Positions 12,456 to 26,639 are shown, counted from the stretch's first letter. The stretch is 64,000 nucleotides of DNA from Takakia lepidozioides (GCA_030704615.1 CM060731.1:36084001-36148000), one strand, 5' to 3'. The notes: generated by a model from the sequence alone, not told the origin. Numbers and translations: made by a program.

Positions 12456-12822
12456 GACTGAAAGAGAGAAAGACTGGCCATTTCCTGCAGAGGTTGGGTA
12501 GGACATACCCATAAGGAGACTGTCTCTGCTGGAGACGAAGCCTCTAGGAGCTGGTAGCGTTAGCAAAACCAGCGAGGTCTGAGATATAATCCTCAATTGG
12601 CAAACCTTTACATTTGCCAACAACTCTATTACAGGGCATAGAGTGACAATGTGTGGGCTGCATTGCCATCATCTTAAGAAGCATGATGTTGACTTGAGCA
12701 CTGCTACTGGAACCCCCTACCCTATACAGATGTTACATGTATGGGGTGATTGTACACAAAACACTTAGATACGGGTCAGGAGGGAGTGTACATGTGTGTG
12801 CTCAAGGGGAAAGAGATCTTAG

Positions 12823-14882
12823 ATGAGGAAATCCACAGGGATTGTGGAAGCAATTGAACATTTAAATGGATATAAAGCTGGTGGACCTGATGGTATTGTC
12901 AACGAGCTTATCAAGCACGGTGGCGATCCCATGATAGAGGCCCTAGTTCTCCTCTTTAACCTTATCTGGAAGACTGAAATGATCCCCTTTCGCTGGCGAC
13001 AGGGGGTCATTGTCAATCTATACAAGAAGGGTGACAGAGAAGAACCGGGGAACTACCGTGGCATCACGCTCCTCAATGCTGTTGGCAAGACATTCTGCAG
13101 AGTTATAAGTACTCATCTCGAGGCTGATCTGGAGTCTAGAGGTTGTTTCCACGAAGGCCAAGCTGGCTTTCGGCGAAACAGGGGCTGTGTGGATCATAAC
13201 TTCACTATCCAGGGAAGGAAAAAAGAAGGGAAACCCACTTATGTTTTTTTCCTGGATGTCAAAAAGGCTTATGACACAGTGTGGAGATGGCCTATGGTTC
13301 CGCCTCTGGTCTTGTGGGATCAAGGAAAAGATGTGGAGAGTTGTTCACAATTTGTATGCTCACACCAAAAGTTGTGTCACTGTTAACGGACAGAAGTCCA
13401 ACTTCTTTGACATAGACCAAGGTGTAGCTCAAGGATGGACTCTCTCCCCTCTGCTCTTCAATGTTTTCATCAATCAACTCCTCGAGGATGTGGAAAGTGA
13501 GGGATTTGGGTTAAGGGTGGGTGATACCACCATACCAGCCCTTATGTTTGCGGATGACTTCGCAGGCATAGGGGAGACTCCAACCAATCTCCAGGAGTTG
13601 ATTGATTGCGCGAAGAGATACTTTGATCTTTGGGGGCTAGAGGCTAATGTCAGTAAATGTGCAGTGGTAGCATTCAACGACAGAGGAGAGGGAGGAAGTG
13701 ATCTTAAGTGGCAGTGGGGTAGCCAAGAGATCCCGGTCCTCCCTTCCTACACTTAACCTGGGCATTGAGTTTTCCTCCAATTGTAATTGGGATGCACATA
13801 TCCGGAAAGTTGTTCAAACTGGCAAGGGCAAAGCTCTGGGGCTCACTAAATTTTTCCACTGCAGAGGGGTCAACTCTGAGGTTAAGAAAACCATGCTTTG
13901 TCGCGTTATTAGACCTGCCTTGGAGTACGGATCTGCAATATGGGTTGATAAATCCAACCAAGCTAAGTCTCTAGAATCCATTCAAGTGGGGGTGCTTAAG
14001 GAGTGTATGTCGGCATGCTCCAAAACAGCCAATGTGGCTGTTCGGGGTGAGTTTGGCATTCCGTCCTTAAGCTCCCGACGAGATGAATTCAAGGTCAGAT
14101 GGTGGGGTCAGCTGCAACATATGTCCAACACCAGATAATCGACTCTATATCTTGGAAACAGGACCGCCCTGTCAAACAGGCTAAGTCCTGGCAGAAGAGA
14201 GTAGAAGAGATTCTCAAGGACCTGGACCTGGAACCGCAAGTCTTGACCCTGCTGGATAAATCTGACTTAGAGGCTGTAGTGTCCAAAGCCATGTCTGTTG
14301 CCATGATTGTCTGATGAAAATGAAGTTAGGCAGAAAACTTCCCTGAACTTGTTTCCAGTCAGTGACATGGGGGAGGACATCTTGGATGACCTCAAGGGTC
14401 TACCCACTCTCCGTACTAGATTGAAATTTAAACTCAGGGCAGGAAGCCTACCTTTGAACAGCAAACAGAAGCAGAGAGGAAAGGGAGAGTGCAATTGCCC
14501 GTTGTGTGGGCAATCTCAAGACAGTACTCATTTTCTGATACACTGTCTTGGGTTCTCTCACCAAAGAGACGCTCTCTTCAAATCTATCAAGGGAATTGTG
14601 CCTGTACCTCTGTTTACCAACTTTGAAAGTCTCGAGGCTGAGCCAAAAGCCCAGGCCCTCCTGAGGCCTAGTTATTGGGCAAATCACACACAGCAGATTG
14701 ATGCTTGTGTGAAGGGATTTCTAGAGGATATCTGGAAAACCCGGATTAATTCTATATATGAAGGTAAGTCTTACTACCAACGTCAGCCCCTGACAGGTAG
14801 GTTCTGTCCCTTTTGTTTCCGCTCAAACTGGGCGCGGGGTCAATGGCCACAAGGCTACGGCAAACTACGTCTTATGAGTACA
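12823..14882 (+). mobile_element. 5'-truncated, frameshifted non-LTR retrotransposon (LINE family A): reverse transcriptase plus C-terminal Cys/His finger
   Basis: KAGGPDG, NYRGITLL, QAGFRRNRGC, FLDVKKAYDTV, GVAQG..LSPLLFN, LMFADD, CPLCGQSQDSTHFLIHC spread over several frames. Confidence 0.92.
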
Positions 14883-15780
14883 ATCTGTAGGCTCAGTGAC
14901 AATGTGGACACCTAAGGCTTTCAGAGGCAGTCAGGTGATACTCCCTGGTGCTTGTGGAGGGTTTTGCAGGCCTCTGATTTAACCCACAAGGTATATAGGG
15001 TCTGATAGACACCGTCTAGATGACCGTCTATCTTTGGACACTCTGGCCTGTGAGCAAAAGAGTGGACATCTGTTGGGGGTGGGAGACAGGCACAAAGGTA
15101 GTCAAGCGCACATCAGGTGCACAGTCAAGAACCCCAGCCCGTGTGTTACTATACAGAAAAAGAGCTCCAGCACTTTACTGAGTCACTTACACACTAAGGA
15201 ATTTTAATCTTGACTGAATCTACAGTTGGTCACTGTGCCCTCTGTATCAAGGCGATGGTATCAGCTGGTTTTCGCTTTTGTTGTGGAAGGCAGGCACAGC
15301 AAAGGGGTTCTATTGGCATCAGCATGGACATGCAGTGGTATGAACCCATGTCTGACTCTGTGGAAGACAGTGACGCTGTTGAGCGGATACAAGTGTTTCA
15401 AGTGCAATGGTGAGTATCACATGAAGCGCCACCCACCAGAACTCAGTTAGGCTGGAGTGGAAAGGGATGTATATAGGGGGAGGAGACTACAGTAGTGAAG
15501 AGAACTGTGAAATACTTCCTCTCACTGGAAGACACTTGGGAAGCTTGCAGGTTTTTCGACCCAATTTATTTTGGAAAATATCCTGCATCCATGCAAGATC
15601 TCATCGGGGACCGCCTTCCTGTTCTCTCAGAGAGCGAATCACGTGCTATAAAAGGGTCTGTGGATTTTATTGGTATCAATCACTACACCAGTTATTACGT
15701 ATCAAATCAACCAAACTCTTCCGGATTCTCCACCGGTGTGAACCCATACATGGACACGCAGACCATATTATCTGGTATGG

Positions 15781-15782
<2 letters not shown>

Positions 15783-15854
<72 letters not shown>

Positions 15855-15860
15855 TCTCTC
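15783..15860 (+). repeat. (CT)n microsatellite at the start of a GH1 intron
   Basis: Long CT run; similar runs at ~8933, ~35112, ~52160-52435, ~61952, ~63819. Confidence 0.95.
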
Positions 15861-15994
15861 CCCTTCACCCTGGTATGGCCTTCACCCTTAGACAATCACT
15901 CGAGCAATAGTTTTTATTTTTTGGCTCTGGTTCTCTCCCCTCTCTGTCGCCCAATGAAGTTTCTTGTCTTATGCATATTAAAATGTTTTATTTG

Positions 15995-17207
15995 TCTCAC
16001 GCAGACCAAGATCATGGTCTTCAATGGCCAGGCTGATCGTAGATTCATCTTCAACCAGCAAGAAATTGAGATTGTGAAATCATACCGATACCTGGGTCTG
16101 GTTCTCCACTCCCCCAAGTTTCACTTTGCAGCCACTGCCTTGGACAGATTGACTAAAGGTAAGGCGGCCTCCGTCCGCCTTCAGGCCAAATGCAAGCAAA
16201 TACATCTGCGTCATCCCCCAACCAAAAAGTGGCTGTTTGACACTGTCGTCAGCCCTGCTACCATCTATGGTTGTGAGTTCTGGGCACCTGGTGTCCCTGT
16301 CTCCTGGTGGGAAAAGAATTTGGAACCATTACAGTCATCTTTTCTCCAAGCCATGCTTGGCGCCAGGAGCACAACTCCATCTCAGATCCTAGGGGCAGAG
16401 TTCGCATGTGTACCATTGCAATCCGAGGCCCTCTTCCGGCTTACAATCTTTCTCCATAGATTACAGGCCCTTCCACCCAAGGGGCTCGTGGCAAGGGCCC
16501 TCACAACATCTATGAGGCTCAAAGCTGCAGGTTTCAGGAACTCCTGGTATGCTCGAGCGGACAGTTTATTTCAACGTATCGGCCTTTCTACTGCTTTCCT
16601 ATTACCAATGAATCCAGATGAGGTGGACATCACGTCCAGACATGACCGTAACAGACTCATTAGGAGAGAGCTTATGGAATTACATGTCCAGAGAACTTGG
16701 AAGCTACCCAATCTCACGACAAAGCTCCACTTCTATCGAGAGACATTCTTGGTGCTCCGCGACAATAGAATCTTGAGACCAAATTACCTTTCAGCATCCT
16801 TATCTCCTTCCCTCCTGAGGGCATTGGGGCGGTTCAGGGTGGGTTCCCACAACCTACGGATAGAGACTGGCAGATGGGAAAACCTGCAACGGGAGGACCG
16901 CCTATGTCCAGCTTGCATAGGGCGCAGCCAGGAAATCGAAACTGAAGAACACTTCTTCTTCTACTGCCCTCTATACTACGAGATCCGTGGGAGATTCCAC
17001 TGTTTATTCAGTGGAACCCAAACTCTCACTGATGTCTTCCTCTATGAGGATCAAAAATGCTTGGCAGCCTACCTGCACGAGGCCTTCACTTCGCTAGAAC
17101 ATTAATTGTGGTTTCTGGACTTGTTCCTCTCTCATGTTTCCATTTTGTCACATAAGCTCTATGAGCTTTCCGTGGACGTTATAAAGCACTATTTCATTTC
17201 ATTTCTC
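15995..17207 (+). mobile_element. 5'-truncated LINE family B (RT thumb, CCHC region, 3' tail) inside a GH1 intron
   Basis: TKIMVF...IEIVKSYRYLG, YGCEFW, RFRVGSHNLRIETGRW...RLCPAC...ETEEHFFFYCPLY; ends in gacgttataaagcactatttcatttcatttctc. Confidence 0.88.
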
Positions 17208-19309
17208 TTGTCATTTCACAACCATCCACAAGGAATTCGAAAACCCATCGGGGTGATGCATCTTTCAACTGAAGAAAGAACAGTTACTCGTCTTGAGCCA
17301 GTAAGATGTTGTAGAAAAGAAATGTTGTTGAACCATGATTTCATATTTTATTCTATTTGATGCCTAAGCAGGTGCAATGCATTTAAAGACATTTCAAGAC
17401 TAGTTTGTTGGTCATGGATGACTTTAGATGTATGGTTTGGAGATCATTGTACTGCTATGATGTGATCCTATCATGTGTAGTAGGAGAGTGTCTGCTGAGG
17501 CATGGCCTAATTAATGGTGTCATTGGGATGGGACCTTGACAGCATGGAAGGATGGCATTCGCATTGGTTCTCAGGTACTTCCCAATACTTTTGCTCTGAA
17601 ATCATTTTGCATCTTTCACCCACCAGCTTGCACACTTTCTTTGTTAATTTGAAGAAGAGTGATTCAGGGGTGCTTTTGTCTTGACCACCCATGCGAATAT
17701 GGCCCCCCCCTCCAGCACAGGGTTAGGACTCATCCGGTTATGATCAGAGAGCCCCTTCAATGAGTTCAGCTTTTTACCAGGGTGTTAAAAGGATTCAGCC
17801 TGGAAGGCCACCCACAAGTAGTGCTCAGTGTACTGCCTTAACCCGCTTCCAAGCTGGGTGGACTGCACAGGGCTCTTTCAACTTTTTAGTGGACTTCAAC
17901 CAGGATCCACTAAAAATGGACATGGGGCCCTGGCCTCCTGGCTATTAGTTAGGAACTCATGGATCTCAAATATGACCAGATGTCTGGTTAAGTCCCAGTC
18001 AGCCAGGCAGTAGTTCCATCATGTCCTTCAACCTCCTTGCCTTTGCCAACATGCTCATGGGTTCTCTATGGTCCGAACCTTGTGATTTCCTCTTTTTTCT
18101 TTTTCTCTCCTCCTTGCACCCACTGAGTCTGTGAGTGAAGTAAATTTTCTTGCTTTTTCTCTTGCCCTCTCTCTTGTTAAACACGTCCATATTTAAGACC
18201 AGCCATAGTCAAGTTCAAACTTGGACATGGGACGTTGTAAGTTTGTGAGAGAGAGCTATCACAGTTCCATGGATGGAGACACCACCACCAGCAGGTGTGA
18301 GAGGCTGCAAGGCTTTGACATCTCTTGCTAGCAAGGCATTCAACTAATGAGGTTGTTTATTTCCTGCTGCAGAAAGAGTATAGGGCACGAACAATTTGCA
18401 CCTCCAGGAAGACCTTTGCAGAGCAGTCTACTCACATCTTTACCAGGAGTGCTACTCTTGTTTAACAATTGAGGGACTGAGGGCTGTTTGCAGGCTGCAT
18501 CCGTTTGGTTGAACATAGTACCCTGGGGCATACAGAAGATTCTCAACTATGTCAGACTGCGCTACAACAACCCTCCTATTTACATCACCGAGAATGGTAG
18601 CTCCTCTACCAACCCTTTTGGGGCATAGTCGGTCTTCACGTTGCAGATTTTCCCACCTACCAGTCTCTATCTGCAGACTCTTGAGAGCCCACCCTAAGCC
18701 GCCCCGATGGGAGATAGGGCTGCAGATAGGTAACTAGGTTGCAAGATCCTATCGGAGAACCGAGAATGTCTCCCTATAGAATCGCAGAGGAGATACAAAG
18801 ACAGCTTTGAGGACCTGAAGTGCCTGGCAGCCTAACTGCACAAGAACGTCTTATGATGGAGGAGTGGAGAAAGAATTGCATTTGTTATATCCTGTTTGTC
18901 TGTGAGTTGGCCCTCTCCGTGCCTCTCCTTCAATAATATATGAAGTTCTTGTGCTCTCAGGTGTGGATCAGGATGACAGCACGTCAATGGAAGAATGTCT
19001 GGAAGATAATGTCCGCATACAGTATTACCATGACTACCTTTCCTATCTGATTGCAGGCATCAGGTAACTCCCAGCTCTTGCATCACAACTAAGTTTATTT
19101 GTTGAGGATATAGACTCCCATACTGACCAAGGGCATCCAATCCCAGGCATTTATCACCTACCAAACTCAAATTGATCCAAGTATCAAAGAGAATCGTCCA
19201 CCCAAAACCCTCTGAAAGCTGCATTGCTGCATCTGGTACATAATACAACTATGTTGTTGGCCAAAATATGGTTCTTGGGGTCTGTATTTACGCCAAGTGT
19301 AGTGCATGA

Positions 19310-19546
<237 letters not shown>

Positions 19547-19619
19547 TAGATCAGTGCACCTTAACTGACTCTCTCTCCCTCTCTTTGTACAGCTGACAGT
19601 CTAGCAAGCATATCCTTCC

Positions 19620-19682
19620 TTTCCCATAAGCTCTATGAGCTTTCCGCCGACGTTATAAAGCACCATTTCATTCATTTCTCTC
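19620..19682 (+). mobile_element. LINE family B 3' tail copy just downstream of the GH1 stop
   Basis: cccataagctctatgagctttccgccgacgttataaagcaccatttcattcatttctc. Confidence 0.75.
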
Positions 19683-21493
19683 AGTTGTTTCTGGGAATGG
19701 TAAATAGACATGTCACTCTGCACCCTGGCGTACAGTTAACCCTGCTGATCATATGCCTCCGATGGACTTCCTCTGCAGTGCACTCTCCTGTCGTGAGGAC
19801 AGACACTGAATGGTGTCATACACACCAAGGGGGTCCATGTAAACTATCTATGGGAAAAGTAGAATCAAATTAAGACAAGAGACATGGGTCTCTTGCTGTG
19901 ACCAGTCTCCTCTTATCCAAGGTTGGTGAGTGAGAATGACTGTAACAGGTATAGGTACCAGCGGCATGGTTTGCTTTTAAGGGACCGGAGCAGTGAGGGC
20001 CTTTTGTGCACCTCCTTCAGGTGGAGCCTGGGACTTGTGAAGCAATCAATGAAAATCAACCAACATCCCAGTGTGAAGTGTGAACCACAGTTGCTAAGAA
20101 GCTAGCGAGCAAAGTAAACTTAGCGCTGCAGATTACGTGGATCAAGTGTGCAAAGGCTCTGCTGACAGGCACTAGGAAGTCCACACAAGAGCTACTCCAA
20201 CATGTTCAAGAATTTCAAAACATAGTAGTGCATTATTAGCTTTCAGATCCGCCCTCAATTTGCAGTCCTCATAACTTTTACACAGTTTCTTTGGATGAGA
20301 GAAACAACAAGACAGTCCACGGAAACGGGACTTAGACTTCAGCAATCTCCAATCCGCCTAGTGCTTGTGTGAACTCTATTTGTGCATTCCGCAAGTTTTC
20401 GCAAGTAGATTGCAAAACCATCTGGCAAGTACTGGCGCTAAAGAAGTTCTACGAGGGCCTTTGGCTTCCCTTCCTCTCTTATTTGCGTCAGATCCTGAGG
20501 CGGGTAGAGAGACCCCCTAATTCGTCCACTTTCAATCCGAGGCCGTAACAGTGCTTCAGCACATTCTCTTAGAAAGAATCGATGCTGATTCAGAGACTTG
20601 TACTACTGAGGCTGAAGGTGTCTCTGCAGCGACATACTTAAAAGACGCTGCTTGATGAATACAAGCAAAGAACCCACCACCCCTTTTGACGGTATCACTA
20701 TTTCCATCTCTTCAGGAAGAAATTCCTTATTATAATCAATGCTTTCCACCGAGGTGTTGGTATCCCCTGTTCCATGGCCGTTGTGCTTTTTGTCCCCATT
20801 CTCACCAGATTCGTCTCTTACATCCTCGCCATGATGATGCCCTCCAGCAACACCCCATGTGATCAGATGCATTTCCTTCGTTCATCTCGCAATCTCGCAC
20901 AATACGTCCTTCACAGACATCGCCACTTGCGCCCCGACTGGTAGATGGTGTCCTTCTACTGGCAGTGCAAGCCTCCCAGATCACCTTCGCATGCATGGTG
21001 GGTAATTGCATGACCAAGGCTTAGCTCCTACCTTAGCCCCAAGACCTTAGTAGTCCAATGTCCCAAATACCCTGCACAGATATGAACTGTTCCAGTAGTA
21101 GCTCTAATTCATCCTGCAAAAGTTTACTTCGTGTTGACCAGTGTAAACGGATGTTCCCTTCCTGTACTACACAGTGTGTCGATCCCTTAGGTTTGCACCA
21201 CCTTGGACTAAGTGCATGAAGTGGAGATTGTTAGCTGATGGCAGATTCATGGAAATGTACTTTGTCATCATTCAAATTCTGGAAAAATCTGAACAAATCC
21301 TCAAGAATTTATCTAGAGCAGATTCAGATTCAGCTCGTTCAAAACCTTTCACAGAAGAATATTCTCGCCCAAAAGACATGCAGCTTTTCAGATCCTTGAA
21401 TTGACATGATAACAATGTACCCAGATGAGCAGATCAACTGGGAATCAACAGTGGACTTCATGTGAATTAACATCTACGAAGTGAGGGTCAGTG

Positions 21494-23020
21494 CTACAGA
21501 GATGCACAATGCCTCGGCGCAAATCCCAACATGGAGTTCTCCCTATCAAAGACCATGTGAAAATTCTGCTGCTGTGTGTTTCCAATGACTGAGGGGCTAC
21601 CAACAGGTGCAGGGAGGAGGGCCAGGCACATAGCATCACCCTGCTCGTTCGCAATCACAAAGTAATTTTCTATAGGCATTCTCATGTGAGCATTCTTCTC
21701 GAATATGAGTGAAAATTTTGGGAATGGTGTGTCCACCGTGTTGGAGATGTTGTAGCAGAGAGGGAACCCGGGAATGCTCGTCCTTGGAAGATCACTAGAA
21801 GCTTTGAAGGCGTCCACTACAAGAGTGAAAGTTGGCTCAGCAATTTTGGAGAAAGTTGTCCCAGGATCGACAATCGTCCCTCCCTCCCCGAGGGGATTGA
21901 GCTTCCACACATTGGTAGGGATCGGCAACATGACATCATTCACTGAAATGGCCACCAGATTAACATAGTAGAATGTCCCAACACGTGGGTTCTTCACCAA
22001 AGGGGTGACTTGGAAGCCTGATTTTGAGGGACTTCGAAGACTGTTGTGGTCCCCAAAGATCAAAGAGCTTCCAGTAGGCTCATCAGTGTCAGCAAGGCAG
22101 TAGGAAAACTTGCTGCCGCTGACGAGAACTGATTGCACAAGCTGCGACTCCAACCAGCTGGCCGCTCCAAACCCAAGAAGGCCACCAGTTGAGGATTGTA
22201 CAGCCTGGGCAAAGCCCATCATTGCCATTTTCCTGGATGCAAATGGTCGATACCCTTTTCTCCCGTCCAATTTGTTGACTGTGTCAGTTCCTATGCTTCC
22301 ACCCGCCAGACACTTGCACTCATACGTTACGTTCAGGGGCCTGCTAATACGCCGAGGCTTCAGAGCGCAATCACCATAAGCACAGTGGGAACACTCTTTG
22401 CAAGAGCTTCGGGGCACCCAAACAAAATCACTTACTCCAATGTCAACCATGGCCACCACATGTTGCGGGGGGGTCCCAATGTAAAACTCTGTATAGTACT
22501 CTCCTGAAATTGGGGACTTTAAGAAATTTCCAAATGCTCGCCGACTCCAAAGAAACCATTCCTCTTGCAGAGTTAGCGCTTCTTTGTTGCTACTTCTGCC
22601 TCTAGCAGATTTCTTTCGAATGTATCCTACAAATATATGCATACGGAGATCATCTCTCTGTACTACAGCTTCCCAGAAGTCCTGCCTGCTTTCATGGTGC
22701 AGACGAAATGGGGACTCAGGAGAATCTCTGTGCTTGAGGCTCAAATACAATCCCTCAATATTGTTGCCCTTTCCAGCCACATTCCCCTTCACTCCGGCGG
22801 TCTGTCCATTAGTCTGCTCTAATGAGTCTCCACCGTGCAACCGGAAAGGGCTTCTTCCTCTCTTAGCTAGGTGTATATGAGAGTGAGGAAAACTAAAAAA
22901 ACTTGTGGATTGACGTTGCAGGCAGGCTGTTAAAGTTGGTGAATTGCGTAGTACAAAAGCTGACAGAGACAAGGCAACTAGCGTACTACAGGCTAGAAAC
23001 ACATATGTTGCTCTCTCCAT
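21494..23020 (-). CDS. Intronless A1 (pepsin-like, nepenthesin/atypical type) aspartic protease homologue with altered catalytic motifs
   Basis: 508 aa; N-terminal signal peptide, SGEYYTEFYIGTPPQ, MVDIGVSDFVWV, FSYCL, FYYVNLVAISV, GGTIVDPGTT, IGNTQQQNFHMVFD, LGFAPRHC. Confidence 0.88.
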   Translation of the reverse strand: MERATYVFLACSTLVALSLSAFVLRNSPTLTACLQRQSTSFFSFPHSHIHLAKRGRSPFRLHGGDSLEQTNGQTAGVKGNVAGKGNNIEGLYLSLKHRDSPESPFRLHHESRQDFWEAVVQRDDLRMHIFVGYIRKKSARGRSSNKEALTLQEEWFLWSRRAFGNFLKSPISGEYYTEFYIGTPPQHVVAMVDIGVSDFVWVPRSSCKECSHCAYGDCALKPRRISRPLNVTYECKCLAGGSIGTDTVNKLDGRKGYRPFASRKMAMMGFAQAVQSSTGGLLGFGAASWLESQLVQSVLVSGSKFSYCLADTDEPTGSSLIFGDHNSLRSPSKSGFQVTPLVKNPRVGTFYYVNLVAISVNDVMLPIPTNVWKLNPLGEGGTIVDPGTTFSKIAEPTFTLVVDAFKASSDLPRTSIPGFPLCYNISNTVDTPFPKFSLIFEKNAHMRMPIENYFVIANEQGDAMCLALLPAPVGSPSVIGNTQQQNFHMVFDRENSMLGFAPRHCASL

Positions 23021-25529
23021 GTAAACTATTCAATTTGGTGCTCATCTTGAGCTCATATGAAATGGTCCGCAGAATAATTCATACTAAGAAACAGATTGTC
23101 AGTGCCAGAAAAGCACGGTCGCAATGTTACCACAGTGGCCGCATATCCATAAAGATTCTTCCAGCCACACTGCACTGCGCCACAGCCTGACTATTGAGGA
23201 TGGGAAAGCAGACTCGGGAGCCCACAGATGGAACCCCTTTCCAACAATATTCCTCTCGCCCACTGGAGGCTTTGAAAGCCTTTTCTGCGTTTCGAAGAGC
23301 CCAAGAGACTAGAGAGAATCGTCGACGTTGAAGCAACTTATAATAGAGCTTACTCACGAGAATCCCTTTTATAAAGAGAGGAAACGACCATGCATGCAAT
23401 ATGGAAGAAAGGAGAGGGAGAGAGGGATTGTCTGGCTACCACTGCAGTTCAAAAAACAACACACTCTGCGAGCACTCGGCCTGCCTCACGAGTGATCCAC
23501 AGCACTCTCCTGGTCAACTACACAGGATCAACACTAGCTAGAGTTCATCATCATTATACGACAGACGAGAAATTCCCGGGGTTGACAGGATTGCATGAAA
23601 AGTGGGTTGCACCGTGTTGAACCTGTCTTCCTCGCAGACCGTGCCTTCCAGGTACGCGCGACAGCAGAGGAATATAGAGAGTGCGAATGTGTGCAGACAT
23701 AGCGGGGCTGCTTGGCGAGACACACCCACGGGTCAACGGCCTCGCCACGTGTACTGCCACCAATTTTCATATTCTTTACCATTTCTAGTATCTACTTTTT
23801 GTTTTCTATTTTTTTTAGCAATATAAAAAACGGGATTTATTCCCAAAAAAAAAAACAAGAGGGTTTTTTTCACCTATTTCCTTCAAGGAAAAGGGGAGGT
23901 TACGAGTGGGACTCATTCCTCAGCCTCATGGCCTTCTGTAAGGTTATTTTTTCCTTACCAATCAATAAATCAATTTTTTTTCTTAAAAGCTTCCAGGGCT
24001 ACAATCCCCTGTTCATTAAAAGAAAAAAGACAAAAAAAAAGAAGGGCGGAAGCCCTTTAGAGCTTTATTTCAGAAAAAATTACTAATTGCTTTCAATCCA
24101 AATTGGTATCTCCAAAAAAAGGGTCTCCGCTGTCGCCTTTCTTCCAAAAAAAGAAAAGAAAAAAGAAAACCATCAGAGTCAAAAAGATTTTCTTAATATT
24201 TGTTTTTATTTTTTTGGAAAATTCTAGAATTGGAGCTTCAATGGACAATGAACATACCGTACTAGTAAACAAAATGTTTTTTTGTTTTTTTTCATATAAT
24301 ACAAAAGAAAATTGTTTCCTGGCCTTGTACTTTCTCTCAAACACAATCTCTGTAAAGGTTTATAAAAGACCCAATTCACGTGACTTTACTTGAGTTAACA
24401 AAAACCTCTAAGTGAAACCACATGATTCATTTTTTTCAAGTGTATAACAAAATGATGAATAAAATTTTGTTGCATTTCACCCTTTTTTATAGCTAGCAAT
24501 CATTAGGAAGACATATTCTGGAATCCGATCAATATTCACATTGAAAAATCCGGAAGACCATTGCATTCCGTTTGAATGTTGGACACCTTCTAATGGTCGG
24601 CAACGGGGTTGCCCAGTTCACCCAATGAACATGAAAGTCCTTAGGTATATCCACATAGGTGATCAAAAACCCAACGACCCTATTTTTAATACTTTATAGG
24701 TGAGTTTGCTATAATAGATGAGGTGGGATAGCATGTCAACACCTCACTTGAGCATAAGAGAATATTCCACAATGCTAGAAGTTAACACAATATATATCCT
24801 ACGTTGTTGTCAGATTCCACACAATTGTTTTTTTTTTTTAATATTTTGGGTTGTTGAAACTTTTTGAATTAACTCAAGTGATATGTCTAAAAATCCAGAA
24901 ATATTACATACTCAGCTTGTCCACAAATTTAAAAAAATGGAATATCTCAAAAAATCTACTAAAGGACAGAATATAGAGGGCGCATGCAGCCTCTAAAGAT
25001 GCGGAGCTCATACTACAAGCTTGTATGGCAGGTGTCAAAAAATTCAATTTTAAACTGCTGAAACCTTGGAGTATAAAATATGAGGTGCGGATTGGACTGA
25101 GCCTCCAAAAAATAATTATTTCGGCACTGTGCTGTCGAACCAAGAGGGCAACGTCTAGCAAGGTGTCTAGCAAGGTGGCTATTTGCATCGCCCCACATGG
25201 CTATTGCATGCCATGAGAAAGGGTGAACAATAGGAATAATGTAACAACTTAATGCACACCTGCAATCTCTCACATGACCATATGGCAACTTTCGGTATGT
25301 CAAATCTTCCCCACCCTCTCTTTGAGTGACATAGAACTGAAGGGAGTGTAACTCCCCTTAAAGTTACACAGAATTACACGAGATTGAATGTAAATTCCAC
25401 AAGGGTTTACAAGGTGGGGAGTGAGGTTGAGTTTTCCATGAGCAGAACTCCATGAGCAAGTTTTGCCAAACAGTGCCGAACTTAAGGGAATATTCATAGA
25501 ATATATTAAATATCCAAAGAATATTCTTT

Positions 25530-25860
25530 TGAACCAGTGCCAAGCCTATGTGGAGGAATATTCTTCCAAACTTGTGCCGAGCCTATGCCGAACCAGTTCG
25601 GACCACTTTCGAACCTATGGCACTGTTCGGCGCCGAACAGTGCCGGCACCTACGTTTTCTAAAAACTAGTTTTTTTTTTTTTTCCTTAAATTTTCTTTTA
25701 GTGTATGAAATGGTGTTCGGTGCCGAACCTTCAACATTTGAGGGGTTATATGCAATATAAATTTAGTAAAAATCTCATTTGGAATCCAAAATGGGAATAT
25801 TCTATAAACCGAACCTATCTCGAACTTCGAACCTATCCCGAACCTGGAAGTGGTTCACAG
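25530..25860. mobile_element. Probable DNA-transposon subterminal region (hAT-like) with repeated CCGAAC/GTTCGG motifs
   Basis: Many gccgaacc/gttcgg motifs in both orientations; no TIR or TSD identified. Confidence 0.35.
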
Positions 25861-26639
25861 GTCCGGGCGGTTTGCTGACGTTCAGCAAAACCTCCTCACT
25901 GCTCATGGATTTTCAGCCCCCATCGGTAGTGTATTTCCACTTGGGATTACATTGGGTTACATGGAAGGGAATGTCTTTGTAGGGTCTGTTTCTTACATAT
26001 GTTTTTCACAGTTAATAGGAGAGTCATGCTGATCATGTGTAACAGATGTAGGCGTGCCAAGCATTCATCATGAATTTCTCCACGAGATGCACGATGCGTT
26101 GTGTTTACCTTTCTTTTAGCTATCAAGCTGTGCGCGTAGGCGGATGACCTATAACTCTACTCGGTGTAACTCACACTTGGTCTTGAAATTTGACACAGTA
26201 TAAAATGGGCTTAGATGAGTTACACAATATGTAAGGTTATACTAACTGGAGTTACATAATCCCAGGCCGATTACATGAGACGCCATTTGGGAGCTGAGCC
26301 CTATATCGCACCACCGATACCGCAATCATCTTACTAGTAGGCTACTCACCACATGATAATTTGATTGCATTCAACAAAGTTTTGTTTGACAAATTGAGTG
26401 CTTTTAACATATTTATAGGCCTAACACATATTTAAATACATTAGAATGCAATGATAAAGGGTTTAATCTTCCCCAAAGTTTTTTATTCATTTTTTTGCTA
26501 ATGAAGGCTGATAAATAAGACACTACTCTGTGGCCACCAAGAAGAGTTCAAAATTTCAGAAGGGGAAGAGACAAAGGAGACAAAGGTCCAAGTTTTTTTT
26601 TTTTAAAATTAAAAGAAAGGGAACGGAGGCCCTTTAAAT

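Noticed and set aside
15495-17105. 536-aa ORF that looks like a glucosidase-LINE fusion protein
   Set aside because: Chance read-through: GH1 exon 15551-15774 has a normal GT donor, followed by an intronic (CT)n and a LINE fragment that happen to be in frame
23712-24393. Lys/Phe-rich ORFs
   Set aside because: Artefacts of A/T homopolymer-rich low-complexity DNA
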